Assembly (NCBI GenBank): GCA_907165135.1
Contig: OU015569.1
Span: forward strand, 7,316,001-7,380,000
Source of the DNA: Oikopleura dioica
Taxonomy: Eukaryota; Animalia; Chordata
Direction: 5' to 3'
DNA length: 64,000 bases
Shown in pieces: positions 1-11,187 of this stretch (position 1 is its first letter; each line of letters begins with the position of its first letter). The notes below the pieces were generated by a model. It was given only the letters and a program-made list of their open reading frames with translations. It was not told the origin of the DNA and searched no databases. The position numbers and the translations under genes are program-made.

Positions 1-294
1 TCGACGAGCTTCCCGAGGTTACAAGAAGTAAGGCAGATGATCACTCCTCTGCTGAGATCGGTCTCCGGCTTCTTTTTACTGTTCTGAAGTGTCTTTGTAC
101 CTTTTTGTGATAATAAATAGTTTGGTCGAGCCGATTATTCCTTCGTTGTTGTTTTTTCATGGCAGTATTAAAAATTCCGTAAATGCAACCTGAAGAAATT
201 TTTGAATACGTATGGATGTGGATACATTTGATATAGAACATGGATCAGGATAATAAATTAGAAGGAGCCTAACAAGTATCAAATTAAGAAGAGT

Positions 295-780
295 TTGATC
301 TCGATGTCGAACGTTGAACTCTGGGACATAAGGAATTTCGGTCAAGGACCTCAAGGAATGAACCTTGTGGAGATCTACACGCCCAATCTCAATGGATCAG
401 GGCGTTGGAAGCGTTTCGACTACGAGATTGTCGAGGACATGCCACTCCCGGTTGTGTTCATGTCAATCCAAGAGCGTAACACATTCGTCCGGCTTCATCT
501 AGAGGCCAGCCTTTTGCGATATGAGCATCCGGAAATTGACATTGATCAAATGCGCCAATTTTTCTCCAATTGCCCTCCACCGAAGAGAGTAGGAGCTGGA
601 CGAAGGATGTATGTCTCTGTAAGCTCGGAGCTACTGCGAGTGATTTTCTCCCAAGAATTTGTAGAACAGAAGGAGCGCGAAATTCGAGAGGAGCGTGAGA
701 GATTTCTTCATGAACTTGCAGAGGCAGGCGAAGAAATTGTGTTCAGTGACGGAGACGATTCCGGACACGAGGACTACTGA
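295..780 (+). CDS. Uncharacterised protein (161-aa single ORF with acidic C-terminus)
   Basis: Long uninterrupted ORF with protein-like composition. No family recognised, and it may have upstream exons. Confidence 0.4.
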   Translation: MISMSNVELWDIRNFGQGPQGMNLVEIYTPNLNGSGRWKRFDYEIVEDMPLPVVFMSIQERNTFVRLHLEASLLRYEHPEIDIDQMRQFFSNCPPPKRVGAGRRMYVSVSSELLRVIFSQEFVEQKEREIREERERFLHELAEAGEEIVFSDGDDSGHEDY

Positions 781-1100
781 GTATTACTTCTTGTGTTGAG
801 CTTTCATGTAGCCAGAAGAACTTTCTACAAAAACTGCCGTGTTAATTTATTTTCAACAATTCCAAAAATTCGGAACACAACTTACAATTGTAAAATCTGT
901 CAATAAGCATTCCCAATAGTGACTGTTCTCAACAGTCTGGTAGATTAGTTCGCTAAATCATCGCTTTTTGCAAATCTCTATATCTCTGGTACTGCTCAAG
1001 AGGTTCTCTTACAATCTATTCTATGGACTTACATGTAGCTTGTTTTAACACTGTCAATGAGATAGTTATAAGTCTCTTACACTTCTAATTAATTAAAGAA

Positions 1101-1779
1101 ATGGCGGCGAAAGATAACAATACGACTCCTATGCCCGCGCCACCCGACTATTTCAAAGAGTTCACCGATGACAATGTCCGCAATAACACCTGCCCCAAGC
1201 CTCCGAAAATACCAACTGACGCTGTCAAAATTTTCGGAACAGACCAGGCAACTATAGCAATTAGAAATGTTAAAATATAAATCATGAACCAAATAGTGCT
1301 CCAGTTGGGGAACTGTTCGACCACTCGAAACCTACAATTTCCCCCGACTCCATCCTCAATATTGCGACCACCGAAAGGAGCTTAAAAAGATGGTACAATC
1401 CGTTGCTATCGGATTTCTTGACCTACTCGACATTCTTACAAAAGTACCTGACTCCCGAGAACGAAACCAGAGAATTGATGATCTTATGCTTCTGGTACAC
1501 GGTTGAGAACTATCTTTTTTTACTTAAAATTTTAAGTTCATTCACATTCATCATATGATCAACGAGTTTAGACCACACCAAGCTCGCGAAAGTCTCAAGG
1601 TACACCCGAGCTTCGATAATGATATGTTATGACATCATATAATTTAGCTTATTCTCGAAGTACAAAAAAGAAGGCGAGAAACCCTTTCGCTAAATCTGAA
1701 GAAAGTGATCGAGAAATGTACTCAGAGCCTATCAGAAGCGAAGAAGATCCTAGAACCCGACCCGCATGAGATTCTCTGA
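1101..1779 (+). CDS. MED7: Mediator subunit 7 (4 exons)
   Basis: Manual splicing gives [26 protein letters not shown]|..[35 protein letters not shown]|[21 protein letters not shown]|[11 protein letters not shown]. This matches the MED7 hallmarks PPPxYxKEYTDEN, [16 protein letters not shown] and HHLINEYRPHQARE. The first intron is GC-AG (1248-1296). Confidence 0.92.
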
Positions 1780-1894
1780 CTTCATGTTTTTCAATTCTAG
1801 TTGAACTGTTTGAACTGCCACTGCGAATATTCTTGTGTAAATTATCGGTTATTTCTTTCATCTACTTGTAGCTTCAGAGATAACCACTGATTCG

Positions 1895-4470
1895 ATGGCA
1901 TCACAGCAAAATTTTCTCGGGTCATCACCTCTTCCTAAGAAAAGGTTTCTTGAGACTACCCAAGAATCTTATTCCTCATATATCAATTATAAGACAATCA
2001 CCAGGAAGATCCTTGCAAGGCGGATTTTTCAATGATTACGATGAAGAGACATACTTCGAAGAATTTCAGGAAATTTCTCGAAGGCAACTGACAAACCAAA
2101 CGGTCAGCACCAAAGGAGAAGGATCCATAAGATTTAAAGTCTAATTTAAGGGGGTAGAACTAGGATTTGCGAAAAAGCCTATTCTAGACCGGCGCTCAAA
2201 GCCAAGACGTGCTTTTTAAGGTTAACGAAGTTTTCCAGCCCACTTCCGCCATATAAACCCCAGAACACCATACCTTTTCAGAATCAGCAGAAAATTTCAA
2301 GAACTTTGACCATTTAAAATTCTAGAAATCTTCACTTCCGGTCGATTCTAGAGCCGGAAGTTATCGAAATTTGGGAGAATGGGCAACTTGTGGCCTATCA
2401 AATTGATTCTCAGAAGATTCCCTATCATCTGAAAGAAGAACCCATCCCGGCCACGGTCAGATCAACCGCTAAAAACTCAAGAAAAATTCATAAATTTATG
2501 CATTTTTTCGTAGATTTGGGCGGTCGGTTTCACCGTGTTTGGATTTCTTTCTTCAAATGAATCGATAATGAGATGACTCAGAATCTTCTGAGCATCAATT
2601 TGATGGGTCACACTTTATACATACTCGAAAATTTCGTCAACTTCTGGCTCTAGAATCGACCGGAAGTGAAGATTTCTAGAATTTTAAATGGTCAAAGTTC
2701 TTGAAATTTTCTGCTGATTCTGAAAAGGTATGGTGTTCTGGGGTTTATATGGCGGAAGTGGGCTGGAAAACTTCGTTAACCTTAAAAAAGCACGTCCAAG
2801 CAAGCTAAGATATTCAAATTCTCTCTTCAGCTGAAGATAGAGCAAACTTAGATCTAACAACATTTTTCTAAAAAAAAATTTTTCGTCAACAAATATTGGC
2901 GGTAGAGAGCGAAACACCAACCTATCTCATCGAAAATCGCCATTTTAGCCTATTCGCGTCCTCAAATTTCTCGAGTCACGTGACTAGCAAAATTTTTTGA
3001 ATCTTATTTTTGATATTTTAACGCTTTTTCTAGCAACATCTATGAGGAAATTTCGTTAACATAAGTAAATACAGGTTTTTCTTATTTAAAGGGGCTCTCC
3101 AGGGTGGCTATTTTGGACAAAATTTCGGGGTCTCGCCATCCAATTTCCATCCAATAAATTTTGAGTCGAAGCTATCCATCCAAAATCCAATCCAATCCAA
3201 TTTTACCCAATTCTCCAATAATCCCCAATTCCAATTGGATCCAATTGGGTTTCCAATTTTTCCAAGGCTTCTAGTACTTTGAAAAGAAAGGAAACAGTAA
3301 GTTTTTATCCGAAAGGAGGATCAACAGAGCCAAAACAATGATTTTTAACTGAGATTGTTCATTTTTATCATGAAAATGACCCTACTTTGCATAGTTTAGA
3401 GATATATTTTTATTGGATCCGATTTCCCCAATTTCCCCAATTGCCCAATTTTCCCCAACAAAATCCGGTACCCTGGCCATCCAAATTCCATCCAAACCTT
3501 ATTGGATTGGATCCAATCCAATTCCAACTAACCCCCAAATCCAAAATAGCCACCCTGGGGCTCTCAAAGATCACTTACAGTGGGTTGCGCAGGTAGTTGC
3601 CCCCTAAAGTGCGGGTGAAGGGGCAACCAATCCTGCAATCACTTTGAGCGAGTCTAGAAAGGAACAATAGAAAAAGCGCGGGCAAAGGGGCAACCAAAGC
3701 TGCAATCGCAAGGGGGCAACCAACTGCGCAACCCACTGTATTTTGGAAAAATCTAGTTCTACCCCCTTAAAGATGGAAATTTCTGATATTTGCAATATTT
3801 ATCCTCAATTAGTGCCTGAAGAGAGCCTCTTCAGAGATCAAGCCCCGATTCACTGTATAAAAGAAGAGTTCAAGTCGAAAAATTTGGACAACATCAATAG
3901 GACGGATCATCAAGATGGATACATCGAGGAGGAAATATTGGAAGAAGACCCTTCAATCTTAGCCCGACGGGCCGAGATTGGCGCATCGGAGTCCAGACAA
4001 AAATATGTGGACATATTTTCAAGCCCGTCGACAGCATCGTCAATTATAATAAAAAATCCTCAATTCAAGAGCCCAGAAATGTCCAAGTCAAACGAGAAAG
4101 CTGAATATGCAGCTACGAGACACATTTATAATTTTGTCGGTAATTGAATCATAAGAGCTTGAGCGCAACTGATTTTGTAATAGACGCGTTACTAGACAAT
4201 CCCGCTATGTATGACTTTGTGATGGATGGTCTTCGAGAAGTGTGTTTAGCAGAGGGCAGCCATCACATCCCATCCTTCTTGGAAAGGTTCCACCAGCTAA
4301 GACAGCAATCACGGGCGTTGACGGAACAGCTCGCTTACGCTCACGAAGAAAACTATCAAATAGAATCAAGCTACGAAAAGGCTTTCGATGTTACGAGGCG
4401 TATTTTCGACGAATACGCATCAATAAGTCCAAATATTAACCAGCCTTTTAACAAAAATCCCCGACACTGA
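1895..4470 (+). CDS. Uncharacterised multi-exon protein; intron 2 carries a 1.6-kb transposon stack
   Basis: Exons 1895-1944, 1994-2102 and 3773-~4100, plus the last ORF 4144-4470, join in frame. Intron 1 is 49 nt, and intron 2 is also 49 nt once the TE and one TTAA are removed. The ATG lies 116 nt after the MED7 stop. The last junction is uncertain (possibly GC-AG). Confidence 0.55.
2206..2796. repeat. Foldback / long inverted-repeat element
   Basis: Near-perfect ~157-bp arms at 2206-2362 and 2639-2796, plus inner weaker arms at ~2391-2430 and ~2572-2609. Confidence 0.9.
3100..3557. mobile_element. hAT-type MITE with CCAAT-rich interior
   Basis: 18-bp TIR CAGGGTGGCTATTTTGGA / TCCAAAATAGCCACCCTG. 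Perfect 8-bp TSD GGGCTCTC (3092-3099, 3558-3565). Many subterminal (T)CCAAT repeats. Confidence 0.92.
3578..3738. mobile_element. Tc1/mariner-type MITE
   Basis: TA|CAGTGGGTTGCGCAG ... CTGCGCAACCCACTG|TA, with internal GGGGCAACC repeats. Confidence 0.85.
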
Positions 4471-5332
4471 AGGCAATTTTTTCTTCTTCAAAACTCGGTA
4501 AACCTTTTTGTTTCTTTCTGAAATCATCTCGGCTTCAGTGCTACTGCCATTATGCTAAACAACTGATGATTTCAATCTATTTCGAGGAACAAGAACACTA
4601 CAATCAGTCAATCTACATATCAAGCCCATTTATCTTCAAGCCAGATACTCCATAAATAAGCAAACTTCTTCATCTACCTTCTTCATTTGACTCCAAATAA
4701 ACTTGACATTAAAGATTGTCAGCCCTTTTTCAGTAATTCTTTTTTCTTGTGTTCTTCCGAAATCCAGGTGTTTTTGTCTGTACTCCAAGATGCCTTTATT
4801 AGATCTTAACATTCCAAAGAATAAAACAAACTTGATTTTTAACATATTTGAGAGTCAAAAATCCCATTATTGGCTATTACTTGAAGCAGGTTTTCGTTAG
4901 ATGCACAATATTTTTTCACATTCCTCGCACTCGAATTTGCATATTCCTAGGCTTATTAATGAAAAAAATAATATTTTTTTCTAGCTTGATAAAGTGCTCA
5001 TATGACACAGTTTTTGAAAGCCCAGAGCCTGAGCGTTAATTTGGGCACCATATCAAGGGGTCTGGGCCGTGCCCGCACGGCGATTCAGGGTCCCGGAAGT
5101 CCCAAAATAGGCACTAGAACGCTTTAATCGCCTGAGGCAACCGCCTCCACGCTCGAGAGGTCTCGTGACCATTTCTAAGTGAAAGAGCTTGTTCTGAGCT
5201 TTCAGTAGATACCAAACAATCCTGCTTGCCTGTGCTAACGAGTAAGTTAGAAGCGAAAAGAAGTCGTTTTTGCACCCAAAATTAAGGGAAATCCGGGCTT
5301 TTCTCCAGCAAAAGATGGAAAAATAGGGGTGT

Positions 5333-5453
5333 CCCTTCCTGGTAAAAATCCCTTCCTGGTAAAAATCCCTTCCTGGTAAAATTCCCTTCCTGGTAAAACT
5401 TTTTTTCTTTACCAGGAAGGGATTTTACCAGGAAGGAATTTTACCAGGAAGGG
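5333..5453. repeat. Array of ~17-bp CCCTTCCTGGTAAAA units, direct then inverted (left arm)
   Basis: Four forward and three reverse units are visible. Confidence 0.9.
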
Positions 5454-5871
5454 AAAATCGAAATGTCAAATAAGTTAAAACATAAAATGAGCTTATTGAC
5501 TTATAAAATTATTTACTCGACCCCCTCTGAGCATATTTTTATCGACTTGGTATTTATTGTCAATTGTTATTTTCGAGTTATTTTTCGCTAATAATAGTGA
5601 ATGAGTACAGAGTCAGGGCGAGGGTTCGAAAAAATTCTCAATATTTGCTCAAAAACTCATGTTAGGGTTTCTCACTCAGTCAGGTACTCAGGGTAATCAG
5701 TCAGGCTCAGGTGCTTGACTCAGGCCAAAAAAATGGAATTTTTTTCGACCAGGATGCTACTCAAGATAGAACTATCTAGAGCACTTTATGAAAAAACCCT
5801 CCTTACCTTGAAATATCGAGGTAAGTTTCCGCCATAGACGTAAGGTTGGGCTTTCTAGCATGCCTGGCGTC

Positions 5872-6382
5872 TGGGCTCGGCAACCTGAGTACAGGGTCAG
5901 GGTCAGGGTTCGAAAAATTTTTCTCGATATTTACTCAGGAACTCAGGTCAGGGTTTCTCACTCAGTCAGGTACTCAGGGTACTCAGTCAGGCCTGCTCAG
6001 GCTCAGGAACTCAGGTCAGGGTCAGGTGCATGACTCAGGCGAAAACACAGGGTTTTTCGATACATAAAAATTATAATAATTTCATTTTTCCCAGATAACT
6101 TATAACCTCAAAGTCCTTTAATCACAAAATCGCCCGTAAAATGGAAAATCACTGTATTTTGAACCCATTGACGTCGCAAATTGACCCTTTTTTGTGTTTT
6201 TTTTTTCGCTAACTCAGGCCCTTTGTGAGCAACTCAGGCCTGTCTTTTAACTCAGGTCAGGGTCAGGCTCAGGGTTTTTCTTCTCGAGCCTCGATTTTAC
6301 TCGGGCACACAGGTCAGGGTCTGTGTACTCAGTACTCAGGGGCCTGACTCAGGGTTTTTCTCATGTCAGATTGCCGAGCCAA
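5872..6382. mobile_element. Nested TIR MITE with (A)CTCAGG repeats and 10-bp flanking direct repeat
   Basis: 17-bp TIR TGGGCTCGGCAACCTGA / TCAGATTGCCGAGCCAA (2 mismatches). GCCTGGCGTC at 5862-5871 and 6383-6392. A partial related copy sits at ~5583-5750. Confidence 0.75.
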
Positions 6383-6549
6383 GCCTGGCGTCGGCAGACT
6401 TAATTATATTTTTTTATTATTTAAAAAAATAAATTATTTATAAAAATTTCTAAAAATCTATAATAATATGCTCAGAGGGGGGTCGAGTGATTAATTTTAT
6501 AAGTCCATAAGCTCATTTTATGTTTTGACTTATTTGAAATTTCGAACTT

Positions 6550-6672
6550 CCCTTCCTGGTAAAAATCCCTTCCTGGTAAAATTCCCTTCCTGGTAAAACT
6601 TTATTTCTTTACCAGGAAGGGATTTTTACCAGGAAGGGAATTTTACCAGGAAGGGATTTTTACCAGGAAGGG
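6550..6672. repeat. Array of ~17-bp CCCTTCCTGGTAAAA units, direct then inverted (right arm)
   Basis: Three forward and four reverse units, mirroring 5333-5453. Confidence 0.9.
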
Positions 6673-7288
6673 ACACCCCGGAAAAATACCATGCTTTTTT
6701 GGCAGTTTATCGTTTGTAGATGACTTCAGGAGAGAGGCAAGCAGGATTACTTGACATCTACTGAAAGCTCAGACCCTCAGCTTTCACTGAGATGTAGTCA
6801 CGAGACCTCTCGAGCGTGGAGGCGGTTGCCCCAGGCGATTTTAGAGATCTAGTGCCTATTTTTGGAGTTCCGTGCCCCTGAATTGCCTTGCGGGCATAAC
6901 CCAGACCCCTTGATATGGTGCCTAAATGAAAGCTTATGTTCTGGCCTTTCTAAGGCTGTGTTATGTGACCCCTATATCAAGATAGAAAAAAGGGTTGATT
7001 TTTCCATTAATAAGCCTACATATTCCTATCGGTCTCCCGACACTCTCCTCTCAGACTCAGACGGCTTCTTTTTCCGAGGTTTCAATTAACTTGACGCAGT
7101 AAAAATAACGTAAGCGGATTCTTTTCAATTTCCCGACAAGTCTGTTTTTGTGGCTTTCACTTATATTTGCAACTTGATTTAAATAAACGTCTTCGTAACT
7201 AGAGATCTATTGGAATTCAAGATGACATTTTACATTAATTATATATTTCTCTTGTGTTGACGTTGTAGAATTTTCGATTTTTGTTTTA

Positions 7289-7328
7289 TTGCGAGCTTTC
7301 GGAGGGAATGCCCTCCTTCATCAGGCTA
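7289..7328 (-). ncRNA. Hammerhead-like motif in the inverted pLTR copy
   Basis: Reverse complement of 7657-7696. Confidence 0.5.
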
Positions 7329-7656
7329 GTACAGTTGTTAAGAGAAGCTACAGTAAAATAGGACTCACCGTGACTTGCGAAACTCGCGAGTGATCGGTAA
7401 GTGAGGAATTTATGGGAGCGGTGAGAAAGTCTAGAAAAGATATGGAAGTAGAAGTCTAGAAAAGAATTTAATTGCGTATCTGGGGAATTTGATCTAAGGC
7501 TCCAGATACGCAATTAAATTCTTTTCTAGACTTCTACTTCCATATCTTTTCTAGACTTTCTCACCGCTCCCATAAATTCCTCACTTACCGATCACTCGCG
7601 AGTTTCGCAAGTCACGGTGAGTCCTATTTTACTGTAGCTTCTCTTAACAACTGTAC

Positions 7657-7696
7657 TAGCCTGATGAAGGAGGGCATTCCCTCCGAAAGCTCGCAA
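7657..7696 (+). ncRNA. Minimal type I hammerhead-ribozyme-like motif (5' pLTR)
   Basis: CTGATGA-A-GGAGGG(CATT)CCCTCC-GAAA-GCTC: catalytic core, 6-bp stem II and a palindromic AGCT stem III. Stem I is weak. Confidence 0.6.
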
Positions 7697-7745
7697 TAAA
7701 ACAAAAATCGAAAATTCTACAACGTCAACACAAGAGATATTATAA

Positions 7746-10210
7746 ATGGATAATCGACGTAAAACTCACACCAGAGAAGCTACTAAAATTGGAGAAAAAT
7801 TACATCGTAACCGCCAACACCTCATTTTTCTACAAAAATGCCACGATGCTAAAACTCCACCACCGTATACGTATGTATCAACTGACTTTCTGAACCACTC
7901 GCATTGGTCACCTGATCAATTACGTAACCACCGCCTACAGCGAACCCTACACGACATAAAAGCCACCGAAAACAAAATTAACTCCCTTGTCACCCTCTAC
8001 GACCTCGAAATGTCTAAACTAAAACAAATTCTACCGCACCCCGAATTTACGAAGACAAAACAAATTATCTGTTCAACTATTATTAACCGTCAAGCTAAAT
8101 CCGATTTCCACCGTAACCGTAAACTACAATCTATTTTACCGCCCTCTTCCCTCAAAAATGCTCTATCAAAATTCACAACCTTACTGACACCACAATTCCA
8201 CCTGATCTCCTTTCCATCTTAGAATTTGGGTGTGAACTCCCAGTTGGAGGCACACCGAACCCGTACAAAATTTTAACATCTATGGAGAAATTGATACAAA
8301 ACTGGACAAAATATGCCCGTGAAATTAAGATAGACCCTATGACTATTGACGAAGTTTTAAGCTTCCTAAAAATAAACTTCCACTCCTTACGTAAGTGCTA
8401 CGAACCCGCTAAAAAACAAAAATCACTCGTCACCTTCCTCAATAATCACCCTGACCTACGGTTCGTCCGAGTTGATAAATGCAAGGATATTGCGCTTATC
8501 TCCTTAGATGAATATAATCGTAAATTAAATGCCCAATTTAACACGCCCCAATTCTTTAAACTCAACCGCGACCCCCTTAACCAAGACATCCAACTTTTCT
8601 ACAAAACCATCCGTAAACTAGAACCCTATCTAGGTAAGGACACATTCAATTCCATTCGACCTAATTACGCGATAAAATCGAGCTACGGAATATTGAAACG
8701 CCACAAAACAGGGCACCCGATGAGACCAATAGTGTCTAGTAAAAACTCAATCACTAGCGGCATCGAAAGATATTTTTCAAAAATTTTGACCAAATTTCTG
8801 CCAGAACTTAAATATAGTGTTAAATCTACCCAAAATTTCAAGAAGAATTTTCTTCGAGCAAGAGACACTTTTGATACAAAAAAACACTGGCTTGTCTCAT
8901 TTGATGTACAGAGTATGTACACAAACGTAAATTTACAACGCATAATACCTAGAATAGTAGATCGCATTTATTCCGACCCTCAAAGATTTTTCGATACTGA
9001 AATCAACGATAGGGAAGAACTCCAAATTATTCCGCGAAATATTTTTGAGGACGTTTTTACTAAAACACTGACCTATTTTACGGCATTCAGTACTCAGGAC
9101 TCATATTATCGCCAACGCCGAGGGGTAGCAATGGGTGCACAAGCATCTGGTATTTTAGCGAATATCATGATGCACTACCTTGAAAGTGACATTATAGACC
9201 ATGAACTAGCAAATGGTACTATCAAATTTTACAATAGATATGTCGATGACATTGCGTGCGTACTTGACAAAAATGAGCTCCCCCGAATCAACCACCTACT
9301 CAACAATTGGGACAAAGACCTTAATTTCACCATAGAACACGCTCAAAATGATAGCCTTCCCTTTCTAGATACTACCATTTACCTGGACCCGAAAACCCAT
9401 AAATATGAACTTAAATTCTACCAGAAACCCACTTCTAGTGACACCCTTAATAATTTTAACGAATCCGTTAGCCCGATCTCCCAAAAGCTTGGACTTCTTT
9501 CAGGCGAAATATTTCGAGTAAATAACACCTGTTCCACTCCTGCTAACCTTAATAACGCCCTATCTAAACTTACTGACAAATTTGTTAAAAATAACTACCC
9601 TATAAAACTTGTCAAATCTAAAATTAAATCTATTAAAGATTCTAATTTCACCCCTCTTGAGAAAGACCCAAATATTACCCACCGCTTCTACTTAACCCTA
9701 GATTTCACTTCACAACGAGTCAATAAAATAGGTAAAAAGATTGTTAATTTCATCCGTAAAATCACGCCAGCATATAAAGTATGTCTTGCTTTCAAAACCT
9801 TGCGCCTAGGACAAATTATCACATCTCGTCTAAAAAGAAAGCTCGATATCAACAAAAAATCCGGGATTTGCTATCAATTCGACTGTAAATGTCAGCTCAC
9901 TTACATCGGGGAAACCATGCGTACCTTTCACCTACGTAAGCGAGACCACACATTTCCCACTAGTCAAACTGCAATTAAACAACACCTTCGAAATTGCCCT
10001 GACTTCCAAAACGCATACCAAGACTATGTGAACTCTCCAGAAGTTACTTCCTTTATCTCACCTGGCGATTTTGCCAAATCGTTTTTCTCCATTCTGCAAA
10101 CAAACCTTCCAAATTATAATGACCGCAAACTTACTGAATCATTTCTCATAAAGTTAAACCGACCTCAACTTAACGAGCAAGGTGACTTCCGTTTCGTCCA
10201 CTTCATTTGA
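7746..10210 (+). CDS. Penelope-like RT / GIY-YIG endonuclease polyprotein (frameshift near 8123-8222)
   Basis: RT motifs MRPIVS, SFDVQSMYTN, QRRGVAMG, RYVDD and LPFLD. GIY-YIG motif GICYQFDCKCQLTYIGET..H..HL..C..E..LI..PQLN. The downstream frame is open from 8123 and contains the PLE N-terminal IHNL..L..LEFG motif. ORF1 (7746-8222) is in a different frame. Confidence 0.93.
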
Positions 10211-10411
10211 TCTAAGGCATTGTTAATTGCGTATCTGGAGCCTTAGATCAAATTCCCCAGATACGCAATTAAATTCTTTTCTAGACTTCTACTTCCATAT
10301 CTTTTCTAGACTTTCTCACCGCTCCCATAAATTCCTCACTTACCGATCACTCGCGAGTTTCGCAAGTCACGGTGAGTCCTATTTTACTGTAGCTTCTCTT
10401 AACAACTGTAC

Positions 10412-10451
10412 TAGCCTGATGAAGGAGGGCATTCCCTCCGAAAGCTCGCAA
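10412..10451 (+). ncRNA. Minimal type I hammerhead-ribozyme-like motif (3' pLTR)
   Basis: Identical copy of 7657-7696. Confidence 0.6.
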
Positions 10452-10794
10452 TAAAACAAAAATCGAAAATTATATATTTGTTCTTTTCAAGGCTGAATAA
10501 GCAGATATGTGACAATTATAAGCGGCAAAAATTTAACTATTCGAAGTCTTTGAGACGTGACTAAATAACTGAAACATTTTTTCCTTTTGGAGAGATAATC
10601 TTTCATTCTAAGAAGTGATTTGGAAATGAACCAAGCTATGAAAAGGTGCGAACTTAAGATAATTCGAAGCATTAGCATGCTCCCACCGAAATTTGAACTT
10701 GCGCTTATTTGTTAATTGCTCGTTACCATCAATCATTTCCCTCTAGATTGAAAGCAGGAAAAAAATATATTCGTTTTTTTTCATTCGCGAGTAA

Positions 10795-11187
10795 ATGGAT
10801 AAGACGCTAAACGCTCTCGAGCAAGACCCAAAGTGCGTCGGATGGATGATCTGCAACCTAGAACACGGCACAATCATCAGTTCCAACGGAACTCTCGACA
10901 ATGCCCAAGACATCGCTAACACAATGGCTCGCGTTTTCTGTAGGTACTGTCGCCCTTTTCTTTCTCTCGACTTTTAGACCCGATGCAAGCTCAACGATCC
11001 ACGCCCAAGCTTCATTTTTTCACCGACGACGGCGAAGTCTTCTCCTACCTGATGCGTGGCCAAATAGGTAGATTATATGTGTCTTATTAGTGCTTGAGGA
11101 ATCATTTTAGTCGTTGTCCAAAGAGTTGGAAACAGGAATCTCTATCTTGAATCAGAAGAGCTCACTCCTTCACCGAGTGATGCCTAA
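10795..11187 (+). CDS. LAMTOR4: LAMTOR4-like Ragulator roadblock protein (3 exons)
   Basis: MDKTLNALEQDPKCVGWMICNLEHGTIISSNGTLDNAQDIANTM..|..FSYLMRGQI|VVVQRVG.. resembles LAMTOR4 GYLVLS.GAVLASSGDLEND and GQRVFVVKR. Confidence 0.55.

Larger units (their letters stand above)
2150..3766. mobile_element. Non-autonomous Kolobok-like element (TTAA TSD, GG termini) hosting nested MITEs
   Basis: TTAA (2146-2149) GGGGGTAGAACTAG(G)ATTT ... AAATCTAGTTCTACCCCC TTAA (3767-3770). Confidence 0.85.
5039..6927. mobile_element. Large foldback (palindromic) non-autonomous element with ~500-bp arms
   Basis: ATTTGGGCACCATATCAAGGGGTCTGGG ... CCCAGACCCCTTGATATGGTGCCTAAAT. Arms ~5039-5540 and ~6460-6927 are alignable as diverged reverse complements. 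TSD not resolved. Confidence 0.85.
7249..10471 (+). mobile_element. Complete Penelope-like retroelement with inverted 5' pLTR, direct pLTRs and TSD
   Basis: 215-bp direct repeats at 7502-7716 and 10257-10471. An inverted copy lies at ~7249-7483. A flanking direct repeat AATTATATATTT is at 7237-7248 and 10468-10479. The element encodes RT plus GIY-YIG. Confidence 0.95.

Noticed and set aside
5333-6672. Short repeated units resembling a CRISPR array
   Set aside because: There are no unique spacers or cas genes, the context is eukaryotic, and the units are subterminal repeats of a foldback element.
7286-7513. Identical 75-aa minus-strand ORFs at 7286-7513 and 10227-10454
   Set aside because: They are by-products of the repeated pLTR palindrome, with no evidence of coding.
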